NCBI GenBank assembly: GCA_002269645.1
Contig: NIVC01002329.1
Coordinates: 1 to 64,000, forward strand
Direction: 5' to 3'
Length of the DNA stretch: 64,000 nt
DNA from: Macrostomum lignano
Taxonomy: Eukaryota
A model generated the notes under the pieces. That model was not told the origin of the DNA. It made no database searches and saw only the letters and a program-made list of their open reading frames with translations. A program made the translations under genes and the position numbers. The first letter of the stretch is position 1; each line of letters opens with the position of its first letter. Positions 10,933-25,200 of the stretch are shown in pieces.

Positions 10933-12960
10933 TTGTAGCTTCAGTGGGTACCGCTATTCATTCCCTCAGTAGCTTCAGTGGTCACCGCTATCCATTCCCT
11001 CAGTAGCTTCAGTGGGTACCGCTATCCATTCCCTCAGTAGCTTCAGTGGTCACCGCTATCCATTCCTTCAGTAGCTTCAGTGGGTACCGCTATCCATTCC
11101 CTCAGTAGCTTCAGTGTGTACCGCTATCCTTTTCCTTCAGTAGCTTCAGTGGGTACCGCTATCCATTCCCCAATAGCTTCAGTGGGTACCGCTATCCATT
11201 CCCCTGTAGCTTCAGTGGGTACCGCTATTCATTCCCTCAGTAGCTTCAGTGGTCACCGCTATCCATTCCCTCAGTATCTTCAGTGGGTACCGCTATCCAT
11301 TCCCTCAGTAACTTCAGTGTGTACCGCTATCCTTTTCCTTCAGTAGCTTCAGTGGGTACCGCTATCCATTCCCCCAATAGCTTCAGTGGGTACCGCTATC
11401 CATTCCCCCTGTAGCTTCAGTGGGCACCGCTATCCATTCCCTCAGTAGCTTCAGTGGGCACCGCTATCCATTCCCTCAGTAGCTTCAGTGGGTACCGCTA
11501 TCCATTCCCCCAATAGCTTCAGTGGGTACCGCTATCCATTCCCCCTGTAGCTTCAGTGGGTACCGCTATCCATTCCCTCAGTAGCTTCAGTGGGTACCGC
11601 TATCCATTCCCCCAGTAGCTTCAGTGGGCACCGCTATCCATTCCCTCAGTAGCTTCAGTGGGCACCGCTATCCATTCCCTCAGTAGCTTCAGTGGGCACC
11701 GCTATCCATTCCCTCAGTAGCTTCAGTGGGCACCGCTATCCATTCCCTCAGTAGCTTCAGTGGTCACCGCTATCCATTCCCTCAGTAGCTTCAGTGGGCA
11801 CCGCTATCCATTCCCTCAGTAGCTTCAGTGGGTTACCACTATCCATTCCCTCAGTAGCTTCAGTGGGCACCGCTATCCATTCCCTCAGTAGCTTCAGTGG
11901 GCACCGCTATCCATTCCCTCAGTAGCTTCAGTGGGCACCGCTATCCATTCCCTCAGTAGCTTCAGTGGGCACCGCTATCCATTCCCTCAGTAGCTTCAGT
12001 GGGCACCGCTATCCATTCCCTCAGTAGCTTCAGTGGGCACCGCTATCCATTCCCTCAGTAGCTTCAGTGGGCACCGCTATCCATTCCCTCAGTAGCTTCA
12101 GTGGGCACCGCTATCCATTCCCTCAGTAGCTTCAGTGGGCACCGCTATCCATTCCCTCAGTAGCTTCAGTGGGCACCGCTATCCATTCCCTCAGTAGCTT
12201 CAGTGGGTTACCACTATCCATTCCCTCAGTAGCTTCAGTGGGTTACCACTATCCATTCCCTCAGTAGCTTCAGTGGGCACCGCTATCCATTCCCTCAGTA
12301 GCTTCAGTGGGCACCGCTATCCATTCCCTCAGTAGCTTCAGTGGGCACCGCTATCCATTCCCTCAGTAGCTTCAGTGGTCACCGCTATCCATTCCCTCAG
12401 TAGCTTCAGTGGGTTACCACTATCCATTGCCTCAGTAGCTTCAGTGGGCACCGCTATCCATTCCCTCAGTAGCTTCAGTGGGCACCGCTATCCATTCCCT
12501 CAGTAGCTTCAGTGGGTCACCGCTATCCATTCCCTCAGTAGCTTCAGTGGGTACCGCTATCCATTCCCCCTGTAGCTTCAGTGGGTACCGCTATCCATTC
12601 CCTCAGTAGCTTCAGTGGGTACCGCTATCCATTCCCCAGTAGCTTCAGTGGGCACCGCTATCCATTCCCTCAGTAGCTTCAGTGGGCACCGCTATCCATT
12701 CCCTCAGTAGCTTCAGTGGGCACCGCTATCCATTCCCTCAGTAGCTTCAGTGGGTACCGCTATCCATTCCCTCAGTAGCTTCAGTGGGCACCGCTATCCA
12801 TTCCCTCAGTAGCTTCAGTGGGCACCGCTATCCATTCCCTCAGTAGCTTCAGTGGGTTACCACTATCCATTCCCTCAGTAGCTTCAGTGGGCACCGCTAT
12901 CCATTCCCTCAGTAGCTTCAGTGGGTACCGCTATCCATTCCCCAGTAGTTTCAGTGGGTA
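10933..12960. repeat. Minisatellite, 34-bp unit GTAGCTTCAGTGGGCACCGCTATCCATTCCCTCA (about 60 copies), formin intron 2
   Basis: Directly visible tandem periodicity. Confidence 0.97.
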
Positions 12961-13499
12961 ACCGTTACTCTCTACCTTTAGCTTAATCACAAGTTCCTCT
13001 TTCATTAATTAGTTATTGTCAACTGCCAAGGCTGAGCAATCAATATTATTTGCATAGAAGCCACTCCGACTGTGCTTAAACCTCGTTACAAATAAATAAC
13101 GCACAGGTGGTGCAGCTGTAGCAGGGCTATAGCTGTGTCGCAATCAGTCGACACTTTGTCGTACTCGTGAGTTTAAATTGCTCAAACAATCTGATGTGTG
13201 TATTGCAGTACGTGCAGTGGAATTAGCTATAAGCACTTGGTTTTCGCTATTATTAATTATTTTCGCGATCAAATGTCTGTGTGAAAGCATCATTTTGGCT
13301 ACTAAAAAAGTTGCTAGCTATTTTGGGTTCAACTAATCTGCGCTCAAAATGGTAGAGCTGTTTTGCTACACTCCGCTAATTAATATAATTTGCGCATGTA
13401 TTATACATTTTTATTGTTGAGTTGCTGTGTTTGGAGCTAGCTTGCTTTTATTGCAGTTGAAAGCAAGAACGATTTTTGTGCCAAGTGACCTTTGTTTGG

Positions 13500-14938
13500 T
13501 ATGGGCATCTCAGCTGGGTATCTAAGCTTTGATATATCACAGCTTTAGTGGGGATCTAAGCTTTGATATATCACAGCTTTAGTGGGTATCTCAGCTTTGA
13601 TATATCACAGCTTCAGTGGGTATCTCAGTTCTCATCTATCAGTTTCAGTGGGTATCTCAGCTCTCATGTATCAGTTTCAGTGGGTATCTCAGCTCTCATG
13701 TATCAGTTTCACTGGGTATCTCAGCTCTCATATATCAGCTTCACTGGTTATCTCAGCTCTCATATATCAGCTTCACTGGTTATCTCAGCTCTCGTATATC
13801 AGCTTCACTGGTTATCTCAGCTCTCATATATCAGCTTCACTGGTTATCTCAGCTCTCATATATCAGCTTCACTGGTTATCTCAGCTCTCATATATCAGCT
13901 TCACTGGTTATCTCAGCTCTCATATATCAGCTTCACTGGTTATCTCAGCTCTCATATATCACAGTTTCACTGGTTATCTCAGCTCTCATATATCAGCTTC
14001 ACTGGTTATCTCAGCTCTCATATATCACAGCTTCACTGGTTATCTCAGCTCTCATATATCACAGCTTCACTGGTTATCTCAGCTCTCATATATCAGCTTC
14101 ACTGGTTATCTCAGCTCTCATATATCACAGCTTCACTGGTTATCTCAGCTCTCATATATCAGCTTCACTGGTTATCTCAGCTCTCATATATCACAGCTTC
14201 ACTGGTTATCTCAGCTCTCATATATCACAGCTTCACTGGTTATCTCAGCTCTCATATATCAGCTTCACTGGTTATCTCAGCTCTCATATATCAGCTTCAC
14301 TGGTTATCTCAGCTCTCATATATCAGCTTCACTGGTTATCTCAGCTCTCATATATCAGCTTCACTGGTTATCTCAGCTCTCATATATCACAGTTTCACTG
14401 GTTATCTCAGCTCTCATATATCAGCTTCACTGGTTATCTCAGCTCTCATATATCACAGCTTCACTGGTTATCTCAGCTCTCATATATCACAGCTTCACTG
14501 GTTATCTCAGCTCTCATATATCAGCTTCACTGGTTATCTCAGCTCTCATATATCACAGCTTCACTGGTTATCTCAGCTCTCATATATCAGCTTCACTGGT
14601 TATCTCAGCTCTCATATATCACAGCTTCACTGGTTATCTCAGCTCTCATATATCACAGCTTCACTGGTTATCTCAGCTCTCATATATCAGCTTCACTGGT
14701 TATCTCAGCTCTCATATATCACAGCTTCACTGGTTATCTCAGCTCTCATATATCAGCTTCACTGGTTATCTCAGCTCTCATATATCACAGCTTCACTGGT
14801 TATCTCAGCTCTCATATATCACAGCTTCACTGGTTATCTCAGCTCTCATATATCAGCTTCACTGGTTATCTCAGCTCTCATATATCACAGTTTCACTGGT
14901 TATCTCAGCTCTCATATATCAGTTTCACTGGGTACCAC
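13500..14938. repeat. Minisatellite, 32/34-bp unit CAGCTTCACTGGTTATCTCAGCTCTCATATAT(CA)
   Basis: Directly visible; degenerate at the left end; source of the spurious ORFs at 13563-15058. Confidence 0.97.
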
Positions 14939-15824
14939 ATTTTTTCTATTCAATGCTACAGCTTAGTTGATTTTCAAGTTGGCTCACTGTTACAATCCAA
15001 CCAATGGACAGCATTACCTTGTCTTTGTGGATGCAGTTTAAGCGCAAAAACTTGTTAATGAACGGAGCAGCACATGCTATAGATAGACAAATGATGATAC
15101 CTGTCCTGCATATGCCGATAATTCTGTGCCTTCGGTCACTGTGCATGACTAATGTAAGCCAAGTACGTCCCAACTGTGGTTTTCCATTACAGGCATCTTT
15201 CTATAAGCCAATATGTAAAGCAGCTTTATCCTAGACTACAGTTCGCCTTTCCTTAGTATGATAAAAGAAAGAAGTGTAGATACGAGCTAGATAAGGGAAA
15301 CCTGCAAACTGGAAAGTTCGGCAAAAGAAAGTAAGCGCTAGTTTTGTAAAAGATTGCCCGTTCGTTTCGTAAAGCAGTTTTTAGCACGGGGACAGACGCG
15401 GATATAATGTATTACAAGGGGAAGGAGGGGGAAGGATAAGTTTTAGCGGGACAGACAGATAGATAGAGGATGGAGCGACCTGCGTGCACTTGAATTACAC
15501 CAACCTCCAGTCATACTGAGGCTGTTAGGGAATATCCATGGTTTTATAGGTATCCATAGTTCGCAGAGTTCATATCTCAGAGTTTTAATCCAATTTTGCT
15601 GTAATACTGAATGTAGGCATGGAATTATTGATGCTACACTCTAACTTGATATAAAATATTTCTATTGACGAGACTATAGATTATATTTTGGCATAATGGT
15701 ACCGACCTATGCGTTCGAATCGTATAGGTCTTTTTATAAACATTACCTGGTTTATCAGGCAGAGAGGTCGAGAAAATGTGTATGGAATTTTTTGTATGCG
15801 CTTAAGTACGCAGATGTTAGGCAA

Positions 15825-17437
15825 TTACTAAGAGTGCACTTCAGGATCATGGGTGTTAGATAAGAGTGCACTTCAGGATCAAATGTGTTAGATAAGAGTT
15901 CACTTCAGGATCATGAGTGTTAGATAAGAGTGCACTTCAGGATCATGGGTGTTAGATAAGAGTGCACTTCAGGATCATATGTGTTAGATAAGTGTGCACT
16001 TCAGGATCATGGGTGTTAGATAAGTGTGCACTTCAGGATCATATGTGTTAGATAAGAGTGCACTTCAGGATCATGAGTGTTAGATAAGAGTGCACTTCAG
16101 GATCATATGTGTTAGATAAGTGTGCACTTCAGGATCATGGGTGTTAGATAAGAGTGCACTTCAGGATCACGGGTGTTAGATAAGCGTTCACTTCAGGATC
16201 ATGGGTGTTAGATAAGAGTGTGCTCCAGGATCATGAGTGTTAGATAAGAGTGCACTGCAGGATCATGGGTGTTAGATAAGCGTTCACTTCAGGATCATGG
16301 GTGTTAGATAAGTGTGCACTTCAGGATCATGGGTGTTAAATAAGAGTGCACTTCAGGATCATGGGTGTTAGATAAGTGTGCACTTCAGGATCATGGGTGT
16401 TAGATAAGTGTGCACTTCAGGATCATGAGTGTTAGATAAGAGTGCACTTCAGGATCAAATGTGTTAGATAAGAGTGCACTTCAGGATCATGGGTGTTAGA
16501 TAAGTGTGCACTTCAGGATCATGGGTGTTAGATAAGTGTGCACCTCAGGATCATGGGTGTTAGATAAGTGTGCACTTCAGGATCATGGGTGTTAGATAAG
16601 CGTTCACTTCAGGATCATGAGTGTTAGATAAGAGTGCACTTCAGGATCATATGTGTTAGATAAGTGTGCACTTCAGGATCATGGGTGTTAGATAAGAGTG
16701 CACTTCAGGATCACGGGTGTTAGATAAGCGTTCACTTCAGGATCATGGGTGTTAGATAAGAGTGTACTTCAGGATCATGAGTGTTAGATAAGAGTGCACT
16801 GCAGGATCATGGGTGTTAGATAAGAGTGCACCTCAGGATCATGAGTGTTAGATAAGAGTGCACTTCAGGATCATGGGTGTTAGATAAGCGTTCACTTCAG
16901 GATCATATGTGTTAGATAAGAGTGCACTTCAGGATCATGGGTGTTACATAAGAGTGTACGTCAGGTTCATGGGTGTTAGATAAGCGTGTATTTCAGGATC
17001 ATGGGTGTTAGATAAGAGTGTACTTCAGGATCATGGGTGTTAGATAAGCGTTCACTTCAGGATCATGGGTGTTAGATAAGAGTGCACTTCAGGATCATGA
17101 GTGTTAGATAAGAGTGTACTTCAGGATCATGGGTGTTAGATAAGAGTGCACTGCAGGATCACGGGTGTTAGATAAGCGTTCACTTCAGGATCATGAGTGT
17201 TAGATAAGAGTGTACTTCAGGATCATGGGTGTTAGATAAGCGTTCACTTCAGGATCATGGGTGTTAAATAAGCGTTCACTTCAGGATCATGGGTGTTAGA
17301 TAAGAGTGCACTTCAGGATCATGGGTGTTAGATGAGCGTTCACTTCAGGATCATGGGTGTTAGATAAGCGTTCACTTCAGGATCATGGGTGTTAGATGAG
17401 CGTTCACTTCAGGATCATGGGTGTTAGATAAGAGTGC
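15825..17437. repeat. Minisatellite, 32-bp unit TAAGAGTGCACTTCAGGATCATGGGTGTTAGA (about 50 copies)
   Basis: Directly visible tandem periodicity. Confidence 0.97.
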
Positions 17438-18067
17438 GCGAGTATGTTTCGCTATTTGAAAATAGCAATCAAGCATCTAGTCTAAATCACAAAAATCTTT
17501 TGACAACTTCTATTCGCATGTAGATATTCACAGAATTATTAATTGATTATATTATCGCATCAGCTTGAAGTGAACTCTTGGGTTTAAATATTTATCTAAT
17601 AAATTGAAAGTGGCAAACGCTTATGCAGAGTAATTTCGCAGTTAAGATAATTAATCGAAAATCTAAGTTTTTTCTGTTAATTTATCCGTTTTCTGCGTAA
17701 AAGGGTTTAAAAAATACTTTTTGGCCTGGTTTTGAGTCTGAAAATTGAATTCTTAATTATGCATTGCTTTAAGTTTGGGTTTTTGTAGCCTCATCATCGG
17801 CATGAATTTTTACTGCTCATTTTGGACACGATACATGATACAGACATGATACAGATTTGCATTTTTAGGAGCTAGCCATTAATAAATAATGGTTTTTTCT
17901 CCGCCATCGCTTTGTCTTCGCTACTATTCGGATCTTCGTCTCGGAAATCTCTTTTGATGACGAGTCTTCTCAACGAAAAATTACTGCGCGCAATTTAAAT
18001 AGGGTTTAGGGGGATTTTTCTAGAATTCCGTTTTTGGGGGCATTGTCATGTTTTTAGACAAATCCTG

Positions 18068-20235
18068 CCTAGGGATTCTGTATAGGGATCATGTATAGGG
18101 CTTCTGTATAGAGATCATGTATAGGGATTCTGTATAGAGATCATGTATAGGGATTCTGTATAGGGATCATGTATAGGGATTCTGTATAGAGATCATGTAT
18201 AGGGATTCTGTATAGGGATCATGTATAGGGATTCTGTATAGGGATCATGTATAGGGATTCTGTATAGGGATCATGTATAGGGATTCTGTATAGAGATCAT
18301 GTATAGGGATTCTGTATAGGGATCATGTATAGGGATCATGTATAGGGATCATGTATAGGGATCATGTATAGGGCTTCTGTATAGAGATCATGTATAGGGA
18401 TTCTGTATAGAGATCATGTATAGGGATTCTGTATAGGGATCATGTATAGGGATCATGTATAGGGATCATGTATAGGGATCATGTATAGGGCTTCTGTATA
18501 GAGATCATGTATAGGGATTCTGTATAGAGATCATGTATAGGGATTCTGTATAGAGATCATGTATAGGGATTCTGTATAGGGATCATGTATAGGGATCATG
18601 TATAGGGATCATGTATAGGGCTTCTGTATAGAGATCATGTATAGGGATTCTGTATAGAGATCATGTATAGGGATTCTGTATAGGGATCATGTATAGGGAT
18701 CATGTATAGGGATCATGTATAGGGCTTCTGTATAGAGATCATGTATAGGGATTCTGTATAGAGATCATGTATAGGGATTCTGTATAGGGATCATGTATAG
18801 GGATCATGTATAGGGATCATGTATAGGGCTTCTGTATAGAGATCATGTATAGGGATTCTGTATAGAGATCATGTATAGGGATTCTGTATAGAGATCATGT
18901 ATAGGGATTCTGTATAGGGATCATGTATAGGGATCATGTATAGGGATCATGTATAGGGCTTCTGTATAGAGATCATGTATAGGGATTCTGTATAGAGATC
19001 ATGTATAGGGATTCTGTATAGGGATCATGTATAGGGATCATGTATAGGGATCATGTATATGGCTTCTGTATAGAGATCATGTATAGGGATTCTGAATAGA
19101 GATCATGTATAGGGATCATGTATAGGGATTCTGTATAGGGATCATGTATAGGGATTCTGTATAGAGATCATGTATAGGGATTCTGTATAGGGATCATGTA
19201 TAGGGATTCTGTATAGAGATCATGTATAGGGATTCTGTATAGAGATCATGTATAGGGATTCTGTATAGGGATCATGTATAGGGCTTCTGTATAGAGATCA
19301 TGTATAGGGATTCTGTATAGAGATCATGTATAGGGATTCTGTATAGGGATCATGTATAGGGATTCTGTATAGGGATCATGTATAGGGATTCTGTATAGGG
19401 ATCCTGCATATTGCTTCTGTATAGGGATCATGTATAGGGCTTCTGTATAGGGATCATGTATAGGGATTCTGTATAGAGATCATGTATAGAGATTCTGTAT
19501 AGGGATCATGTATAGGGATTCTGTATAGGGATCATGTATAGGGATTCTGTATAGGGATCATGTATAGGGATTCTGTATAGGGATTCTGTATAGGGATCCT
19601 GCATATTGCTTCTGTATAGGGATCATGTATAGGGCTTCTGTATAGGGATCATGTATAGGGCTTCTGTATAGAGATCATGTATAGGGATTCTGTATAGGGA
19701 TCATGTATAGGGATTCTGTATAGGGATTCTGTATAGGGATCCTGCATATTGCTTCTGTATAGGGATCATGTATAGGGCTTCTGTATAGGGATCATGTATA
19801 GGGATTCTGTATAGGGATCATGTATAGGGCTTCTGTATAGGGATCATGTATAGGGATTCTGTATAGGGATCATGTATAGGGCTTCTGTATAGGGATCATG
19901 TATAGGGATTCTGTATAGGGATCATGTATTGGGATTCTGTATAGGGATCATGTGTAGGGATTCTGTATAGGGATCATGTATAGGGATTCTGTATAGGGAT
20001 CATGTGTAGGGATTCTGTATAGGGATCATGTATAGGGATTCTGTATAGGGATCATGTGTAGGGATTCTGTATAGGGATCATGTATAGGGATTCTGTATAG
20101 GGATCATGTATTGGGATTCTGTATAGGGATCATGTGTAGGGATTCTGTATAGGGATCATGTATAGGGATTCTGTATAGGGATCATGTGTAGAGATTCTGT
20201 ATAGGGATCATGTATAGGGCTTCTGTATAGGGATC
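18068..20235. repeat. Minisatellite of 13-bp monomers (GTATAGGGATCAT / GTATAGGGATTCT variants) with higher-order patterning
   Basis: Directly visible; the GGGCTTCT variant recurs every 104-130 bp (8-10 monomers) in 18370-18960. Confidence 0.97.
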
Positions 20236-20351
20236 CTGTGAAAGAGAGGAATCTCTCCCTGGATTACTTTTTTGCGGGTGATGTTTGCAACTATTTGCAA
20301 CTGTTGAAGCTCAGCATCAACTTCCTAGTCTTCTCATTCCCCCCCCGTCAG

Positions 20352-21104
20352 CTCGGAGGAGCCGCTGCTCAACGGGCACTCGGACGGACAGCAGCATCAA
20401 CAGCAGAATCAGCAGTACGGCCAGTCATCATCAAAGCGCAGCTGCTGGCGCCGCCTGTCCATGCAGTGCAGCTCCGGCCGTGGCCAGCACCAGCCGCAGC
20501 ATCTGGCGCTGCAGACTCAGCAGCAACAGCAGCCAGACGAATCGCTGCTCAGCGATCTGCACAACGGCGTCAAATGCATGCGGGTGCTCTTCAACAATCA
20601 GCGGGCCTGCCAGCGGACATTCCAGGACAAGACGGCCGTCAGCATTATCGCTAGATGCGTGCTGCATCCTCGCTACGCCACCAAAACTCTGGTGCTGGAA
20701 CTGCTGGCGGCGCTGTGCATGCTAGACGGCATGCACGCTCAAGTTCTGGACGCATTCGACAGTCTGCGCGAGAGAGTTGGCGAACGACGCCGCTGGGAGA
20801 CCCTGATGACCTGCTTCCGTCGGCACGAGGCGCTTCCGGCCGAACAGTACAGCTTGGAGTTCATGGTCAGCTGCGCCAGGTTCATCAATATTGTGCAGAA
20901 TGTGAGCAACGATGAGCAGCTTGGTCAGCGGGTCTGCCTGCAGGCCGAGTTCGCTCAGCTAGGCTTGGAAGAATTCCTTCGCGGATTGCACGGCAAATAT
21001 GGCGACGAGCGGCTGAATAGCCAGATTGAGGCCATCTTTGACAACACTATCGATGTGGCCGGCCTGTTTATCGACTCTGTTGCTAAGCAGGCTGCTGTTG
21101 CTAG
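20352..21104 (+). CDS. Formin exon 3 (FH3/DID-DD)
   Basis: Acceptor ccgtcAG, in frame with ORF 20461-21108 (KCMRVLFNNQ...TKTLVLELLAALC...RRWETLM...FMVSCARFINIV...RVCLQAEFAQLGL). Donor AG|GTGAGA. Confidence 0.9.
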
Positions 21105-21339
21105 GTGAGAACTTCTGGAATGTCTTCTGTGCGTCTATTAGCTTTGTTTGTTAATCTGTGAGTCTGTCTGTGAGCTTCTCAGTGCCTGTCTGTTGTCCCT
21201 ATCTGTCTATAATTGAGCATGTCTGTGTGTACTCTGAAAAGTCTGTCTGTCCGTATTTGTTGACAAGCTTATTTGGTTTGTCTGTTTGTCTTGTCTTGTC
21301 TAACTGTCTGCCTGTCTTAGTGTCTGCCTGTCCGTCCAT

Positions 21340-21360
21340 CCGTCTGTCTGTCTGTCTAGC

Positions 21361-21414
<54 letters not shown>

Positions 21415-21416
21415 GC

Positions 21417-21454
<38 letters not shown>

Positions 21455-21456
21455 GC

Positions 21457-21529
<73 letters not shown>

Positions 21530-21532
21530 TTG

Positions 21533-21620
<88 letters not shown>
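21340..21620. repeat. (TCTG)n microsatellite in formin intron 3
   Basis: Directly visible. Confidence 0.97.
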
Positions 21621-21622
<2 letters not shown>

Positions 21623-21681
21623 GCTGTAGCGGGCATTAAATATTTAGCATCTCAATCCACGCCCTCACGACTCGCATGCAG

Positions 21682-22855
21682 AGCGGCCGCTCTAGAGGAG
21701 GAGCTGTACCAGACCCAGGACAGGCAGCGCCGGGCCGAGGACGAGGCCGCTCAAATCATGGCGGAGCTGCGCGAGCGTCTCCAAAACCGGGAGGCCGACT
21801 GCGCCACCCTGCAGGCGGAAAAGGAGCGCGCCGTGCAACAGATGCAGCACAGCCTGCGGGCGGCCAGTCACAGCGCCGGCGAACGAGAGCGCCAGCTGGA
21901 GCAGACGGTGCGCGAGCTCGAAGCCCGACTGCGCGAATCCGAATCGGCGCTTAAAGCCGCTCAGCAGGCGGCCAAATCTTCCACTCCGCCTTCGGCACCG
22001 GCTGCGCCAGCTGCTGCCAATTCTTCTAGTAGCAGCAGCAGCAACGGCGCCGGCGGTGGAATCCCCGCTGCTAAGCTGCCCGGCGTCAACTGCCCCGCTG
22101 CGCCGCCACCCCCGCCACCACCGCCACCGCCACCACCGCCGCCTGGTGGAGCGCCGCCTCCGCCACCCCCGCCGCCTCCGCCGTTCGGCGCTGCTCCGGC
22201 CGCCCCAGCCGGCATGCAGGTCCGCCAGCCGGTGATCCCGAAGCACCGCCTGCCGCTGCTGAACTGGACGGCCATACCGCCGTCTGGCTGCCGCGGCACC
22301 GTCTTCATGGACATGAACGACGAGCGGGCCAGGCGACGCATCGATGTCGACGATTTCGAGGACAAATTTAAGCTGTCGGCCAACGGCGGGGCCAGCGACA
22401 AGGCCGCCGCAGCCGCCACCGCAGCCGCCTTGAAGACCAAGAAGGAGCGGCCAACTCTGCTTGGTCACGACCGGTTCCGCAATTTGGCTGTGACTCGGCA
22501 CAAAGTCGAGTCCATGCGGCTTAGCTTTGCCGACCTTGCCGCCGCTGTTGACAGTCTGGACGCTGACAAGGTGTCGGCTGACCTAGCTGAGATCCTTCTG
22601 CGCCAGGGCGTGCCCACCGAGGAAGAGGTTCGGTCATATCGTCGCTACGAATTCGCCGAGGGTCGTCGGGTTGACGCGCTGAGCGAGCAGGACCAACTGC
22701 TGGTGGCCCTGTGCCGCGTTCCCATGCTGGAGCGGAAGCTGCAGGCTCTGCGCTATGCCGGTCAATTCGAGGAGAACTTTTCCGGCGTCGAGCCGCCCCT
22801 TCGTGCTGTTGTTGCTGCTTCCATGACTCTGGAGAAGTCTGTCAAGTTCAAAAAG
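21682..22855 (+). CDS. Formin exon 4 (coiled coil, poly-Pro FH1, N-terminal FH2)
   Basis: Acceptor gcatgcAG; poly-Pro tracts, LPLLNW, VFMDM, EQDQLLVAL..VP.LERKL, SVKFKK. Donor AAG|GTACA. Confidence 0.93.
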
Positions 22856-22865
22856 GTACACCCTG

Positions 22866-23268
22866 ATGTTCCCACATTTCCGGTTGTCTGTACGAGTAGT
22901 TAGTGCTCCATACCATTTCCGGTTGTTTGTAGTTAGTGCTCCATGCCCATTTCTGGTTGTCTGTAGTTGGTGCTCCATACCCATTTCCGGTTGACTGTAG
23001 TTGGTGCTCCATGCCCATTTCTGGTTGTCTGTAGTTGGTGCTCCATACCCATTTCCGGTTGACTGTAGTTGGTGCTCCATACCCATTTCCGGTTGACTGT
23101 AGTTGGTGCTCAATGCCCATTTCCGGTTGGCTGTAGTTGGTGCTCATATCCATTTCCGGTTGGCTGTAGTTGGTGCTCATATCCATTTCCGGTTGTCTGT
23201 AGTTGGTGCTCGATACCCATTTCCGGTTGTCTGTAGTTGGTGCTCCATACCCATTTCCGGTTGTCTGA
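22866..23268. repeat. Minisatellite, 33-34-bp unit CTGTAGTTGGTGCTCCATACCCATTTCCGGTTGT, filling formin intron 4
   Basis: About 12 copies starting about 10 bp after the donor. Confidence 0.93.
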
Positions 23269-23335
23269 AGATGGTTTCTATACTAATTTCTGGTCTCTAC
23301 AATTCAAATTTCTGTTTTCATTTCCTACCCCGCAG

Positions 23336-23884
23336 GTCCTTGAGCTAATCCTAGGCCTTGGCAACTACCTGAACAGCCATAAACGCGGCCTCACCTACGG
23401 CTTCCGTCTGTGCAGCCTGGCCACTCTGCAGGATACCAAATCCGGTGACCGGAAGTGGACTCTTCTACATTTCCTAGTCGAACTGATCGACCAGCATTTT
23501 CCCGATCTCGCGAATTTTGAGTCCGACCTTCGTCACTGCGAGAAAGCCGCCTCGATTAATCTGGACAATGTCCGGGCCGACGCCTCCCAGCTGATCTCCG
23601 GCCTTGAGCAGCTTCGCAGCTTAGCCAAGGAGACCAACTCGAACCGGCTGCGCGATTTCCTGCAGGCCAATTCCGATCGGGTTGAACGGCTGAAAACTGA
23701 TTTGAAAACTGCTGAAGAGTGTTACAGCCTGGTTAAAACTCGATTCGGCGAGGGCATGCAACAGGTGGCCAGCGATGCGTTCTTCAGCATCCTGCACCGC
23801 TTCCACTGCGATGTGACCAAGGCTCGGTCTGAGAATGAGCAGAGGCGGGCCGCCGCTGCCGAACTGGAACGAGCTTCTGGCAAG
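23336..23884 (+). CDS. Formin exon 5 (C-terminal FH2)
   Basis: Acceptor cccgcAG; VLELILGLGNYLN...YGFRLCSL..LQDTKS...TLLHFL...FFSILHRF. Donor AAG|GTGAGC; 183 codons. Confidence 0.93.
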
Positions 23885-24999
23885 GTGAGCTGGAGTAATG
23901 TACTTTTATAAACAACTAGGGCAGGGGGGCTTAAGGATTATTATTATATTTCCTTTCAATTTTAATTGGCAAATCCGGCTTCTGTGGTTTTGAGTTGGAA
24001 TATTTGGGTTATGGAATTCTAATATTAGGAATTTGGGATTCGAATATTAGGATTTAAGATTCGAATAATTGAGATTTGGGATTCGAATTTTTGGGCTTTT
24101 GAATTCGGATATTAGGGATTCGCGATTCGAATATTGGGCATTTGGTATTCAAATATCCCAAATTACCAGTTTGGTATTTAGGATTAGATTTAGATTTAGG
24201 AGTTGAATATTGTGATTTAGGATTATTCAAAGTTCGAATATTGTCGATTTGGAATTCAAATATATTGAATGTGGTGTGGAATTCGGATTCGAGTATTAAG
24301 GTTTTGGAAATAAAAATATTGGGAATTTGGGAATTTCAATGCTTGAGGATTTGCATTTAATTGCTTAGGGATTCGGAATTGGCAGTAAATGTATCAAGGA
24401 TTTTTATTTCGAATATATAGGGATTTTGTAGTCGAAAATTTGAAATTTAGAATTGAGGCTTAGGAACATTTCTTGGTTGGTATTTTGGATTGCGACTGCG
24501 GCGACCGCTTTTTAGTAGGCAAAAGTGTATCTGAGATGGCTTATTTTTATAAGATTTAAAGATTGAATTCACGCGTTTTAGTGTGCTACAGTAGACTAGA
24601 CGGAGACAAGAGGAGCCGTGACTCCATTTGGTGGTGATCGTAAATTGAATTTTATATTGGTGCGAAATTGGCTTAACAACTAGCGGGTCCCTCTCCTGCC
24701 GGCTTGATTGGCAATTTCCTTATACTGTGCTAAAGCTGAGTGAGTTATGGTGTTTATGCGTGCACAAACCCAAGTTTCATCGCATATATTCACGCAATCT
24801 ATTGCGTAACCTATACTGTGCCAGCAACAGCCGCGGATAATCGATAGGCTGTGTTTTTCAAAGCTACCATTACCCTTGAAGCGTCAGAGTGCCCCTCTGA
24901 TTCGATTCAGCAGCTCACGAAGGTCGCATATGCACTCAGAAGGGCGCATGAGGATGGGAAATGACAGACCCATAAATGCGTACTCTGTAGCCTCGTCTC

Positions 25000-25200
25000 T
25001 CCTCTCATCTCGTCTCGGCTACTCTCATTTAATCTCATCTTGTCTCATCTCATCTCGTCTCGACTAGTCTCATTTCATCTCATCTCATCTCGTCTCGTCT
25101 CATTTCATATCATCTCATCTCGTCTCATCTCGTCTCATATTGTCTCGTCTTGTCTTAACGTCTCTCGTCTCATTTAATCTCGTCTCATCTCAAATTTGTC
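25000..25200. repeat. Degenerate (TCTCA/TCTCG)n pentamer repeat
   Basis: Directly visible. Confidence 0.85.

Noticed and set aside
13563-15058. Three 460-480-aa ORFs
   Set aside because: Translations of a stop-poor 32/34-bp minisatellite inside formin intron 2; open in several frames at once.
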